A stretch of DNA of 64,000 nt from Lingula anatina (taxonomy: Eukaryota; Animalia; Brachiopoda), in the NCBI GenBank assembly GCA_051362555.1, contig CM120643.1:27904848-27968847 (forward strand). The letters are read 5' to 3'. Below the pieces are notes generated by a model. That model was not told the DNA's origin. It did no database searches and worked only from the letters and a program-made list of their open reading frames with translations. Of the stretch, positions 26,050-39,400 are shown piece by piece. The translations under genes were made by a program, and so were the position numbers. The stretch's first letter is position 1, and each line of letters begins with the position of its first letter.

Positions 26050-27150
26050 TTCGTCTAGCTGCTTCCAGGTCTCTCAAGCGGCAAGGCATTTCTTGGGATA
26101 GGTTTTTAGAGTTCACTCTGGACTAACATTCCATGCATTGGTCAAAACTTGTCCAATTTGGTTCAGTTTTGTCGCACGACATGTAGGCCGTTGATTCGGC
26201 TAGTAATGGCCTACTATGTGGTTCAAATTTGGCAATATTGATGACCAAGGTGGCAGCTCATTCTGCTGGTTCTGTAAGTTATCTGCTAATAAAAGTGCTC
26301 TGTTCGAACCGGCACTCTCACCGTGCTACCTAAAATTGTTCCTAAGGCGCCCCCTATCAAATGTTAGTCAAGTGGTTCCCAGATTATTCCTTTATTTGAT
26401 CTGGTTCAGGTTTTCATAGATGACTACTATCGGTGTTTTGGCACCAATGTGGTATCCAGGCCAAATACTGACGCTGTCAATGACCCTAGTCACTTTAGAC
26501 TCGACACACTCTTCATCATAGGCCTCTTCTGGATGTCTGTAAACTCTGTTTTGACTAGTTGAGTGGTACAGGTGAAATCTGACCTCAGTAAAGAAAGCCA
26601 CGCGATTTCAGTGTTATACCCAGAGACGGTCATGTTCCCCAGTTCATTAAAGAAACAGACGACGCTGTTTTGCATTTTACAGTGGGTTCCCCGGAGGTCG
26701 TCTGGTATTCTAACCCGCTAAAACAAGTTTGTTGTTCGATAAGGGCCTTGAAAAACGCGTTTTGATAGCAATTTACTGAACGGACTGGGTGTTTTTTGTT
26801 TAGTTGCAGCACCATATCCCGAAAGATAGTGAGTCCTGTACCCTGGTGGGAAGATTGCGATACATTGGGTGTGGCCTCTGTGTAGGTACATCAGTCTGGG
26901 CATTACTCTATAAAACTGTGCGGACCGTTATGTTTGGCGCAATAATCTGTCTGGCAATGTCTGTCTTTTTAGCACCATTCTACCACAGATAAAAATTTTT
27001 ATAAAACACCGCTTAGTTCCTTTTACGAACTGCAAAACCGACCGCTTGCATGCAAAATTTCAAATTTTTTATGCAACAGTTGCCGACATATGGATACTTT
27101 TTGACAGAACCATGCTTTGGCACACCCAAGCATGGACCAGTCCAAAGGAG
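26050..27150 (-). pseudogene. Degraded Tc1-family (DD34E) transposase
   Basis: Minus-strand fragments FFTEVRFHL..NRVYRHPEEAYDEECV..DSVSIW..KTPIVVIYENLN..PWSSILPNLNHI follow the Tc1 FSDESRF / GGSVMVW / WPSPDLNPIE order, with stops and frameshifts. Confidence 0.75.
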
Positions 27151-28629
27151 CACTACCCAATTAAATCATTGCATAATACACAATACAGCAGTGCAATAGA
27201 CATGGTAGTCAGTTCATTAGTAGCTACACACCTGATTACACACTTCTTCATTCACATATTTTATATGAGATCGGATTTCTTTGAAAAAAGAACGCATTTT
27301 TACCAAGGCATACCTTCGAAACTAAAATATTCCATATTAAATGTCAAGTCTATAAATATCTTACTTGATAGACTAACGCAACTTTAAATGCTTGTTGCTA
27401 GGGTAATATGCTACCTAGCAACTGTGGCTAAGGTTAATTTGGGTTTTAATTGCCTTAAAATAGTCTAGAGTGATAGTACTGATGCCCTGAAATATAGTTA
27501 TTAGCATTTCTTAACCATTTAAACTGGACAAGAAAGGTCTAATTAGTTTGTTACTAAGGAAATTCACTTCCATAGCAACGGTTGCTAAGCAAAGCTTTGA
27601 AATTTTGGGCACTGCCTTGAAAATGATCAGCATAGTCCAAAGAACATTTGTGCCAAGTTTCATGCTTTTTCCACATTTTGAGCAATTTGGCCAATATATA
27701 GCACCAGTCACCCAGACTAATATACAGGTACACATGAATGGTGAATGGCAGTACGGGTTCCCACATGATTCGCACAGGTGGGGCGCTGAAGTAAGTGTCT
27801 GGCTTTTAGTTTCAAGTTCCGTTTTTCAAAAACGAACCTGGCAACCAGAAACTAGTGTCGTTTTTCAAGCGGACTACCATTCACCTCATACCGGTAGCTT
27901 TGACTTGGTAACGTTTCAAATGTGTATTTTAAAATCCTTTACACTGGACGGCGTCCTTACTGCGTTCTGGGTGCGCCCATGAAACTGGCATCGTTGTGGT
28001 CTTGAAAAGGAGGCACAAACATCGCTTTGGTTGCAAAATTAGTGTTCAATGATTGGCCTCTTGTGGGCACGTAAAGTGTTATTGTTTTTTTCTCTCAAAC
28101 AAGGCGGTACTACGGGACGCAGAAAGGACGCCGTCCAGTGTAAAGGGGGTATTACTAACGATGACTAAACAAAAATCTGTTCAAAGTGATATTCAAAGTA
28201 ATGCCGATATTGTTATTTGATGGTGAAAAGACAGATTTCAAACACAAAATCAATGGGCACAAATTTTACCACTGTTTGCTTACAATAACCACGTTAGCGG
28301 TGGAAGGTGAGTGCGTTGAAATAGTCACAAAGTTTAAAGGGATAATAACTCTTCGAATGAGATCTATATTTCACAATTAAAACATCGTAAACAACTCATA
28401 GAAATAAAATATATTCTGTTTTACCACAAAAACGGCAGTTATAGATATTATTCTGACATCTGAGCTTGTCATCAGACCACGTGACCTCCACAGATGGCTA
28501 TACTCTGAAAACATCTCTTAAGACATTATAACATAAAACCAAAGAAAAAAAAAACACAGGGACTAACTTTGAATGTAGAAATAGATCTTGGACGACTAGA
28601 CGACGAAGGGTCCATGAAATTTTTCTAAC

Positions 28630-28749
28630 CTTTGTACAGTCCGAACACCAGCCGATCTCAACCGCTTTACAGCACACTGCCTGGGTTTCTTTAACCACAG
28701 TCACTGTCACCATGGCAACAGCAAGTAATGTGACGAAATAGCCAGCCAT
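28630..28749 (-). pseudogene. Mytimycin/Diedel-like copy B: intact first coding exon only, own exons 2-3 missing (pseudogene or alternative first exon)
   Basis: MAGYFVTLLAVAMVTVTVVKETQAVCCKAVEIGWCSDCTK with acceptor before 28752 and donor GTTAGA; no CGxGxCNxFGC exon found between 25100 and 27350. Confidence 0.75.
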
Positions 28750-30254
28750 TGTCTGAAATCATCCAACAAATGGACGCTGTTCAAGTGTACCGTTAAGACT
28801 GTTATTTTAGAAGGAAAGACTAAAAATTTTGAAAGCTGTTTTTTTCGACAGCTGAGGTTTCAAAATCATGATAATAAAAGTTAGAATATCCAGATATGAA
28901 TTAAAAAAGAAAATGTTTACAATGCACATGTGCTCTCAAATGGATGTCAAACAATCTTCAAAAACAATGAAAATATTTCATGTGCAATATTCCTAGGCCA
29001 TGCATTGCCATGCAAGACAGTACATATACAGAATATGCACTGTTCTACGCCTTAAATCTTTACGCCCAACAACCGCAAGAAAAATACGACCCAAACTACA
29101 TGTACTTTTCTAAATTTTATATAATTTGTCTGGGGATTAAATCAGCTACGACAGAGAATGGAAAAACCATCTAAAATAATCTCAAAATCCGGATCCGATG
29201 GTTGAATTCACTCTGAAAACTCACGTTTTCTGTTGTTGTTTTTTACACTTAATATACCAATAACATATTTGAGACAGTGACCGTAAAATGCAAAGGCTAA
29301 CCTTTCAAATAACTTAAAACTTACCGGTGAGAAAAGCTTCAGAATGTCGAGAGTGGAGCTGCGAAATCTGCTGAACACAAGTCTACCGTAAGTGAGACGA
29401 AAGTGGTCGTACTAGAAATGTTTAAAAGATCAACATCAGAAACCAAACCCTTTTGTTTCACTGTGATATCAAACATGAAAGGAACGAGGAAAAACAAATT
29501 TCCTGCGAATATTCTGGTTGTCTGTTGGCACGTTCAGACTTATTGCAACTTAAACCGGAAATTAACCAACTGACGTCACCAGTAATTATTACTCAGGTTT
29601 TATTGTGTGTCTCTATGGTATCTGGTCTACGTCATTAAGACGTCTTTACGTTAGATCAGTTCTGAAAGTAGTCTTTGTTGAGTTGTGTTCGTTGTTAAGT
29701 GAACGAGTCATAACAGCGATCTGCTTGTGGACATAATTCGTATATATCAAAGTGAGGGGTTCCCGGGAGACATCCCGCACAGACTGCCACCACATGACAC
29801 CGGTGACAACTCCAGATTAGTTCACCTGAAGAAAAACTTGTGATAGGTCAAAACGTTGTGAATTTCGTTCCAACGTTAGTTCCAGTATAAGAATTTATTT
29901 TTCATTACTCTTGCTAAAATGAAAGAATAATTTGGAAAACAGAGATAAAATTTACATTTCAAAGTTCTTTGAGAAGGCTGTCGCAAAACCTTCTAAACAA
30001 AGTTACGAAAGTTGACTAAACTTCTTGTTTGTTAGAATTGTGTACCTTGTATAAAACAAAACTGAAATAATAGGTCACGTGTACATTAATGACGTGGCCA
30101 TTGGGGTTTGCAGGTGCAAAGCAGTTTTGTTCGCATATTTGAAGGGTGCCCGCAATGCTTTGACTCTAAGCATGTAGGAGAAATTGGTAATATTTGTGGA
30201 TGTAGTGTTTTGCACGAAAACAAAAGGATAAAAAGACACTAAAGACACTGTCTG

Positions 30255-30531
30255 CAGTGGCGGATTTAGGGGGTATGTCAGGGGGTCCTGATCCCTCCTT
30301 GGTTTCCTTAAAAATCACACCAACGGCTCCCACTTGAAATTAGAATTTTGACCTGCTGAATCATAGTTTTAACCCGTACCAAATGGCACAGTTCGCCCTC
30401 TAAATTACTTTCAGCGGGCCTCGAACTCCAAGCCAAGGGGGTGGGTGGGGTGGGGGAGGGTCAGGTTGGCATCCGTGGCCTGTCATTCCTAAAAGCTAAC
30501 TCCCCTTCAAATAATCTTGGATCCGCCTCTG
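30255..30531. mobile_element. hAT-like MITE (paralogous copy ~47947-48224)
   Basis: Termini CAGTGGCGGATT / GGATCCGCCTCTG flanked by GTCTG on both sides; a canonical 8-bp TSD is not evident. Confidence 0.6.
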
Positions 30532-32979
30532 GTCTGTAATCATTCAGTGACAAAGCACAAAGCAGTTAATGCTGTCAGGCATCATCATTGGTCGTACACA
30601 TAAAAATAGAGCCAGGTATGTCCGAATAATATACGTCAAGGACGACTTAAAACTCGTAGTTATGTCATCTGTTGTGGTACTTCAACAAATGATAATAATA
30701 ATACAATAACAGTTTTTGTATTTCTGACAATCACGCGGAATGCGTTATCCATCTTACAAGTCCTAATTACATTTTTAAGAAGCATTATTTTAATCCTTGA
30801 CTATGACTTCTGACAAAGTGAGCACTTGTCCTTAATTTAACCAGTGTTGTCAATCTAGAGTGGTCTGTTAAAACGTAAAAGCAGGTGCTCTTTTATAGAT
30901 GTATGTACATATAGTTTAACCTTCTGAACGTTCTGAAAGCACACGATTCGTCTTAGGACAGCAGGAAGATAACCATGTCTTTTCTCTTCTTGAAATCATT
31001 TACGAACATCAGTTAATCATTCGATGTTTTCATGTTTCATTCAACCCTGCTACTTCTACGTGCAAAGGTTCATTTGTTCACATTTTGCTTAAAAAATATG
31101 CTTTTAATATTTTCCATTAATGATCTTATTACTCAGGCCGTATTTTTAAAATGATTTTATCGGATATGATAACCCTTTTCATCCATTCCTGTTATAATTA
31201 TTCCGAAAATTATAAGGAAAGAATAAGAATAATAGGTGTACTGAAACTGTAGTGAATAGAAATGTATGCGAAAAAAGCTCGTTATATTTCCACACTATTT
31301 GCCAGCTTGATAGCATACAGGCTATACGAATCGATGCAATATACTGGTAGTTCAAAAGCACTTCAAAGGTCGTCATCAAATGACATAAATTGTAAACACT
31401 GTGAGACAAATGAATTGCTTGACGCTTGTTGAATGGAAATAAAAACAAAGCAGCAAAGCTGTCAAATGTACAGACAAAGAGCAGAAAATAAAGATGCAGA
31501 AAATTGTCATTTTGCTAATTTTGATGCAATTATAAATAATTCTTATAACAGCAGAGTCAATCAAGGAGTTATAACAGACACGAAATTTTAATCACGCACA
31601 TCAGGCAACATCTTTATTCTACTTGAAATCATTACAGAACATCAGTTAATCATTCGATGTTTTCATATCTCATTCAATCCTTTTAATCTGTCAATCTGAT
31701 TGTATTCATCAAGAGTCCCCGTGGAGTTGGATTGATCTACAGAGAACTGCAGTTTCATTGGGAATGAGCCCTTAAACCTTTCTCTTGTTACATTTGTTTT
31801 GTTTTTTTAGATTTTTGCTATTTGAAAATTAATAGATCTGGTTCGTGTTTTCTACAAACCCTTGTTACCTCTTGATATGGGGCGTCTTTTTTAATTGCAC
31901 GACCTGGAGCTTGATTTAAAATTCCCGACGCCTTTTTTTTAAACCAATAATGTGTAAATTAAAATTATATACTTTATCGATGATTTGTGGCGTATACCTT
32001 TTATACATGTAGTATTGACAAAGTATTTTGTTTAAATGCGCTGATCAACGAACTGTAGGCTTACGTAAACATAATGATGAACTGAACGGCAAAGTACGCA
32101 GTAGATCTCTTAATTCTTAGGTTTCAGCAGTTGGGCAAAATGAAATTAAATGGTAATTAATTTTGTTTCAGAGTTCTAATAGAGGTAGGTCTACACATGT
32201 ACTGTTAGTACACTAATGAACGGAACGACAAAAGATGCAGTAGATCTCTTTATTTTAAGATTTCGGCAGTTGGGCAAAATGAAATTAGGTTGTGGTGATA
32301 AGAAGTCTTAAATGCTGAACTTGGTTTTACAACCTTTTCATACTACTCGATTCAGATCACGTGGATACAGAGTACTTCACAATCTAGAAATAAAATCACA
32401 AGAACGCAACAAACCCCAATATTTAATTGAAGGCTGATAATTTATTTGCAAGCAGCAATTTACAATATAACATGTACAGAACACAGATGTGACAATATTG
32501 AAATATAGCTAAAAACATTTTAGACGCATTCGGGATTGCTGAAAGGCATTTAGGTGCCTTAAAAGCATTGAAATTAAAAAAGTATGATAATATAGAAAAA
32601 AAAGCGTTAGAATGTAAATCTCTTGAATAGGTTTTTCACATCTGAATGTGGTAATCAAAAGGATTCAATTTGCATCAGGTATGCTTCCTTTTCTCAGCTT
32701 GCGTTGTTTCACAAGATCAACTTAAGCCTTGGAAATGGCGCCATTGCTGGAAAATCAAATTTGAAACTCATCATTTATCACCAAATGCTCAAAAGTTCTA
32801 CTGGTGACACATGACACAACAATACTACCAAAGTTAGTAAAGAAATAGTAAGTAAAACACTACACTACTCCAAGTTGATGGATACAGATAAAAAAAATAC
32901 CTAACCTCGGATGTCTTTAAGCGAACGACATCTTTGTTCAAAAGCATGTTTTGTTCAAAAGCACCATCAGCCAGCCTGG

Positions 32980-33342
32980 TTCAGGGCTCCATACGGTACA
33001 CGGAACAGGGGTCTATACGGTACAGGGTACAGGGCTCCATACGGTACAGGGTACAATGGTCTTTACGTTACAGGGGACGGGGTCCATACGGTTCAGGGTA
33101 CAGGGGTCTATACGATTCAGGGTACAGGGGTCTGTACGTTATAGGGTACAGGGGTCTATACGGTACAGGGTACAGGGCTCCATACGGTATATGCTACAGG
33201 GGTCCATACTGTACAGGGTATAGGGGTCTTTACGGTACAGGGTACAGGGGTCTATACGTTACATGGCACAGGGGTCCGTACGGTTCACGGTACAGGGGTC
33301 TTTACAGTAGCCTACAGGGCACATGGGTCTATACGGTACATG
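32980..33342. repeat. 24-bp minisatellite, ~15 copies (paralog of 16809-17005)
   Basis: Same TACAGGGGTCTATACGGTACAGGG unit. Confidence 0.9.
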
Positions 33343-34108
33343 TAGCAACCTGGACTCCGTAATGCCCCTATTTCACACAGATCACGATTCCCACGAATCG
33401 CCAGGAATCGACAAATTACAGGCTTCGTGAGGATTTGTGAGATTTTGCAAATTTTCTGGCATAATTCGGCACGCTCTACGATTCAGTTACGATACAGGTG
33501 CGATAGTGTTACGAATATTCGTGGGATTCGGCTGGGCTAGCACGAATATTGTCAAGAATTCACTACGAATTTTTTGGAATCGGGAGTTCGTGGGCAAAAT
33601 TTTGAACAGCTCAAAATTTTTGCCACGAATTCCCGATTGAAGCCCCCGTCACTCATATTCGGAATCAGCAGGAACCAAGCCGAACCAGCCGGCATGACTG
33701 AATTTAAAAATTCGTACTACATTCGGTAAGAAATTTCAAATTGACCTAAATTCTTGTAAGAATGCCATTGGAATACTCAGAATGCGCTTGAATCCGCCTG
33801 GAATAATTCGTGCACATTTCGACTGTATTTACTCTCAAATGCAACTCGAATGTAGCTGGAAAACTAGAAATATCAATAATGCTGTCAGTATGCAGTCAGA
33901 ATATTTAGAATACACTTCGAATGCCGCGCGAGTGTAGTTCGATTGCTGGCTGAAATAGCATCAACATGCATTCGAGTATGCATTCTGGCTCATTCTAGCA
34001 GGATTTGAAGTGTCTTGAGGTTCTTCCTCAAATGTGATCAGAATGTTTCGAATGCTGTCGGAATGCCGTGAGAATATTTAGAATGCAGTCACAGTGCAGT
34101 TAGAATAC

Positions 34109-35177
34109 TGTAATGAAACAAATTTTTAACAATCGTTATCAAAGTAATTCCTATCATTATGGGCCATAAAGACCCCCATGGGAGCGTCCGGTAAATATTT
34201 GGGCGTTTGTAACAATTGATTGATTCATGTGACTGGAACCATTACCCTCGTCAGCACTGTGGCCAATAATTCTGGCGAGTTACACAACATGAGCAGGACG
34301 ACCTTGCGGAACAGAAGTAACGTTCTGGTGCTAACAACGTCTTTACGAGCTTACCTATACCCCTTCCCCTTTCATAGGTGAGAACGATAAAATTATCTCC
34401 TTACACAGAGCCCACCTCACGCTGGGTGAAGATACCACGGAAGAGACACAGAGGATACTACTCGTTCGAGGTACCGATTGAGGGAGTTTCTACTCCCTCT
34501 GGCAGGTTCACTGGGGCGGTTGGTCGAATCTGATGGGACAAGGCTACGCTCGAGGCTCCGATTGAGAAAGTTTCTACTTTCTCTGGCAGGTTCACTGGGG
34601 CGGTTGATTGTTGGTTAGTTAGAAAGAGTGATACGTTGGCAGGAGTACCAACGACAGGGAAAATCTCCGTCAGATTCTCCCGACAGGCTTTGCGTAGCAA
34701 CGAAGGCCTGAGTTACGTTGGCTGGGGCACCAACGACGAGGGAAATATCTCCCGTGTAGAGTAGGCAGACCTTAGGCAGGAGGTCGATTAGGACAAGCGA
34801 TACGTTGGCTGGGGGCACCAACGTTAAGGGATATCTCAGTCAGATTATCCCGACAGGGTCAGCGTAGCTACGGGACCCTAGGTTACCGTCGGCAGGAATA
34901 ATTCCGAAGTGAAGCCCACCAGTACCAGTACGATGTTAACCGATGCCTACACCTCCTAGGATTATTGACTTTACCTAGTAGCACCCTGGATTATGCATTT
35001 ATATTAAACTCTTCATCAGTATCATTTGAATTATATCTGGACACATTGAACTTTTTCTTTTATTGCCTCCTTACAAACTTCGTTGGATTTAAATAAAACT
35101 GTTTATTGACAAAAAGAACTGTTTCTTGGGATTGAACTTTTATTAGCACGCTACCTTTAGACTCAAAAACCGCTACA
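34109..35177 (+). repeat. 5' LTR (1069 bp)
   Basis: TGTAATGAAAC...CCGCTACA; no difference from the 3' LTR seen by eye. Confidence 0.97.
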
Positions 35178-35181
35178 AATT

Positions 35182-35201
35182 TGGTGGCAGCGGTGGGATT
35201 C
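35182..35201 (+). other. Primer-binding site complementary to the tRNA-Leu 3' end
   Basis: TGGTGGCAGCGGTGGGATTC is the reverse complement of GAATCCCACCGCTGCCA-CCA, the 3' end of metazoan tRNA-Leu(AAG/TAG). Confidence 0.85.
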
Positions 35202-35227
35202 AAAAGTTGTCACGTCCTCTAAGAATT

Positions 35228-36487
35228 ATGGCAGATGAAACTAGGATATACGACCACTCAAGACAATGGGACAGTGCTTTTGGGAGTTGTAATCCATGTT
35301 TGAGCCCGGTGTTGGATGATACTCCGCTCTTTGCAGACCCGAGGAGAAGACTGGAGTTTGAAACTCCCTGCAACACTAATCCCTTTATTACTGTTAACAC
35401 CAATCCATTCCTGGACGACGATCATTTCATCAACCCCAACCTGTTTGTGAACCAGGAGGCAGGCCGAACGATTGGATGGGAGAGGGTACCGTCTACACTT
35501 AGAGCCAAACCTGAGTATGTGTCAGAACAATTTCCTAACCCCTTTTATCCCATGCCGACCAGTATGCAGACCCGTGTCAAGGAAAAAGCAGGCCCGTCTA
35601 TTAAGCTAGGCACGTTTGATGGAAAATCTTCATGGGATGATTATAAAGCTCAATTTGACATTTGTGCCATGGTGTATCAGTGGAGTAATGAAGAGAAAAC
35701 GGGCCATTTGGCAACCAACCTACGAGGAGATGCGGCGCAAGTATTGGGCGATCTCCCACCAGAACACCGCTTTAACTACGACCTATTGACAACAGCACTA
35801 GAGAGGAGATTCAGCCCCAAAAACAGAACCGAATTTTACAGGGTGCAAGCAAGGATGAGGAAAAGGAGTCCCAAAGAAACCCTTAGTGAGTTAGCCCAGG
35901 CAATAAGGCGTTTAGTTAGCCTGGGATGGACCAATGAAACTGCTGAAGTGAAGGACACTTTTATGCGAGAGTATTTTCTAGACGCGTTAGATGATACCCG
36001 TTTGAGATTGGATGTTATGCGATATCGGCCTAGAACCATTGATGATTGTGAATCGCTAGCTATTGAATTGGAAGCTTGCCAAGATGCCGAGACTGCAAGA
36101 GGGCGGAGATTAAATTTGGTACGTTCTGCTGCTGCAATTACCCCTTCTGACGAATCTCACCCGACGGGCAAGGTGTTGGATGATGTAACTCGTTCCTTGG
36201 AAAAGATCTCATCCAAAGTGGATTTATTAGAAGCTCAAATGTTGCGAACCAAACAAGTGCCACCACCCTCTAGGACCGTGCAGTGTTTTAAATGTGGTAG
36301 GAGGGGACATTTTGCTCGAGAATGTCAAGTACTGAATGTAAAACCAGTCACTCCACCCCGTAGGAATGTCCAGTGCTTTAACTGTGGAGGATTTGGACAT
36401 GTGGCCAGAAATTGTGTACCAGTAAAAGTTGGACCCCCACCAGCACCTAGAAGAGCAGAGGCAGTCAGTGCGAATCAGTTAAACTAG
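35228..36487 (+). CDS. gag: Gag with two CCHC zinc knuckles
   Basis: First ATG 35228; FDGKSSWDDY capsid-like region; CFKCGRRGHFAREC and CFNCGGFGHVARNC. Confidence 0.95.
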   Translation: MADETRIYDHSRQWDSAFGSCNPCLSPVLDDTPLFADPRRRLEFETPCNTNPFITVNTNPFLDDDHFINPNLFVNQEAGRTIGWERVPSTLRAKPEYVSEQFPNPFYPMPTSMQTRVKEKAGPSIKLGTFDGKSSWDDYKAQFDICAMVYQWSNEEKTGHLATNLRGDAAQVLGDLPPEHRFNYDLLTTALERRFSPKNRTEFYRVQARMRKRSPKETLSELAQAIRRLVSLGWTNETAEVKDTFMREYFLDALDDTRLRLDVMRYRPRTIDDCESLAIELEACQDAETARGRRLNLVRSAAAITPSDESHPTGKVLDDVTRSLEKISSKVDLLEAQMLRTKQVPPPSRTVQCFKCGRRGHFARECQVLNVKPVTPPRRNVQCFNCGGFGHVARNCVPVKVGPPPAPRRAEAVSANQLN

Positions 36488-39400
36488 CGGCGGTTGGAGA
36501 AGAGAGGCATCGGCCAACCGTGGAGAACAGTAAGACCTCTCGACAAGATGATTCCATATTCCTTCATGTAAGTTTGTTTGGGAGGAATTGTTCATTTTTG
36601 GTGGATACCGGATCAGATCTTACAATTATTGCAGAGCGTGTGTTTTTACAGTTTCCAAAAGGAGAAAGGCCAAGTGTTAGGCCCTCAACAAAGCAGATAC
36701 AGGGAATTACGGGTACCTTCATGGACTTGAAAGGTGAGACAACTGTCCCCATGTCTATAAATAACCACAAGTTTGATATCCCAGTCATTGTTGCCGATGT
36801 ACCTTGGGAAGGTATACTTGGAATGAACGTGTTGAGACAATTACGCTGTACAATTAATTTGCAAAAACTAACTGTGACCATTGGCGAAGGGGATAGGGAG
36901 GAAATTCCGCTGATAACTGCTGAAAGAAATGGTTATCGTTGTTGCCGTGTCTCATTCAAAGAAGATACAGTTATACCCCCAAAGTCGGAGATGGTTATTA
37001 CCGGACAGCTGCATAAATCTGGTCCCACACTCACTGAGGGTATTACAGAGTCAAGATTGAAGAATAATGTACACGCGTCAGTTGCTTATGCGTTGGTTGA
37101 TCTCCGTGGGACGTCTGTTCCCCTGCGCATCATGAATAAGGGTGAATATCCTCTTAAACTTGGACGTGGAACTGTAGCAGCTTTGATAAAACCAGACGTA
37201 GCCAGTGTCATTGGGAACGAAGGACAGGTCGACCAGGCTGATGCTGAGACTACTGACCAAAGTTTACCGGCTCATATGGAACCTCTATGGGACAAAATTA
37301 AAGTAAACCTTAACCCGACAGAGGCGGAGAAAGTAGCCAGAGTACTCCGTGAAAATAGCGATGTGTTTGCAAAGGATTCAAATGATCTTGGGAAAACTGG
37401 ACTGATAAAACATACAATAAACACTGGTAACAGTCATCCAATCCGCCAGCCAGCAAGAAGAATTCCAATACATCGGGTAAAGGAAGCAGACGATGAACTA
37501 GAGAAGATGTTGTCCCAAGGTTTGGTTGAACCTTCAAGCAGTGCCTGGGCTTCACCGATAGTGTTGGTTACCAAAAAGGACGGTTCCATCAGGTTCTGCA
37601 TAGATTACCGTCGGCTGAATGATGTTACACAGAAAGATGCATATCCACTGCCTCGTATAGATGAAACGTTAGACACCTTGTACGGCGCTAAGTGGTTCTC
37701 CACACTAGACCTCATGAGCGGCTATCATCAAGTTGAGATGAGTCCAGCAGACAAGCACAAGACGGCATTCTGCACACGTCAGGGTCTTTTCCAGTTCAAG
37801 GTTATGCCATTTGGATTATGTAATGCCCCCGCGACCTTTGAACGGCTCATGGAGTTAATCTTGGCGGGCCTCCATTGGAAAACCTGTTTAATTTACTTGG
37901 ATGATGTCATCATCTTTGGAAGTACAGTAGAGCAACACCTAGAACGTCTTCAAACCGTCCTTCAGCGCCTACGACAAGCAGGACTTAAACTCAAGCCATC
38001 TAAATGCTCCCTGTTCCAAAAAGAGGTTGAGTACCTTGGACACATAGTCTCCGAACGAGGGGTAGAAACTGACCCAAACAAGACAAGAGCAGTGGTGGAT
38101 TGGCCGACTCCAAACAATGTGTCAGATGTTAGAAGTTTCCTGGGCCTCTGTTCCTATTACCGACGGTTTGTTAGAAATTTTACCAACATCGCCAGTCCCC
38201 TACATCGTCTTACTGAGAAGGATCAGCCGTTCATTTGGGGAGAAGACCAAGTATGTGCCTTTCAGAAGCTTAAATCTGCGCTCAGCACACCCCCAGTGCT
38301 GGCATTTCCAAATGCACAAGCCCAGTTTATCTTAGACACTGATGCCAGCCACCGTGGGATTGGAGCGGTGCTTAGTCAAGTTCAGGATGGCCATGAACGA
38401 GTCATAGCGTACGCAAGCAAGTCGCTTAGTAAGCCAGAGACAAGATACTGTGTAACCAGGAAAGAACTCTTGGCAGTGGTGCATTTTGTAAAGTACTTTC
38501 GGCATTATCTTTATGGAAGACATTTTCTTATCCGCACAGACCATGGGTCATTAAGGTGGCTTATGAACTTTAAGGATCCTGAGGGGCAATGGGCCCGGTG
38601 GTTGCAGGTGTTGGGAGAGTATGACTATACCATAGAGCATCGTCCTGGAACCAAGCATGCCAATGCTGATAGTCTTAGCCGGAGGCCCTGTAATCAATGT
38701 GGAGGGCAGTGTGAAGAAGAACCGACTGTTGTTAAAGGAAAATCAATTAAATGCTGTGCTTTTACCCCAGCAAGTGACTGGGTACAACCCCTCTCACCTG
38801 AGGAAATTCTATCTCTTCAATTGAAAGACCCTGTGCTAGGGAAGTTGATTGCCTGGAAGGAAAATGATAGTCGTCCAGGTGCAGATGAAATTGCATCAGA
38901 ATGTTCTACCCTGAAGAAATTTGTGAGCCAGTGGGATCATTTGTGTTTAAAGAATGGTGTTCTATACCGTCGATGGCAAATGCATGGACACCCAGTGATA
39001 CAACTAATTGCTCCTAAACCGCTGAGAAAGGATCTTTTTCAACAAATTCATGCACACCCCACAGGTGGCCACTTGGGACTTAACCGGATGATGAAGGCTC
39101 TCAAACAACGATGCTACTGGCCGTACATGAAGGTGGACGTGAGATTATGGATAAAACAATGTCACACATGTGGAGCTACCAAAAATCCACCAAGAAGAGT
39201 AAAAGCAAAATTAGGCCAGCTTCCAGTGGGTTGCACTTTGGAACGAATTGCTATTGACATAAAAGGACCACTGCATATCACTGATAGAGGTAACCGGTAC
39301 ATTATGGTTGTTAGCGATTACTTTACCAAATGGACAGAGGCATATCCGATCCCTGACCAGGAGTCGCGCACCATAGCTGAAAAGCTTGTTGAGGAGTTTA

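Larger units (their letters stand above)
27350..31600. repeat. Partial tandem duplicate (unit B) of 45030-49340
   Basis: Collinear high identity across intron 1, the first coding exon, the promoter region and shared MITEs. Confidence 0.9.

Noticed and set aside
27548-27982. 144-aa ORF with paralogous ORFs at 22803 and 45389
   Set aside because: Spans transposon arms and intron sequence, and the frame is not conserved among copies
29820-29862. Penelope-type hammerhead ribozyme-like motif (CTGAAGA...AAAACGTTGTG)
   Set aside because: The conserved GAAA core is mutated here and the CTGANGA core is also broken in the paralog near 47487; at best a dead relic
32934-33362. Gly/Tyr/Arg-rich ORF (YRGLYGTG)n resembling shell or cuticle proteins
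   Set aside because: It is the translation of a 24-bp minisatellite that is largely open in all three frames, with frameshifts between units, no signal peptide and no splice signals
34458-34821. Identical minus-strand ORFs in both LTRs
   Set aside because: Short, non-ATG starts within LTR internal repeats; identity only reflects LTR duplication
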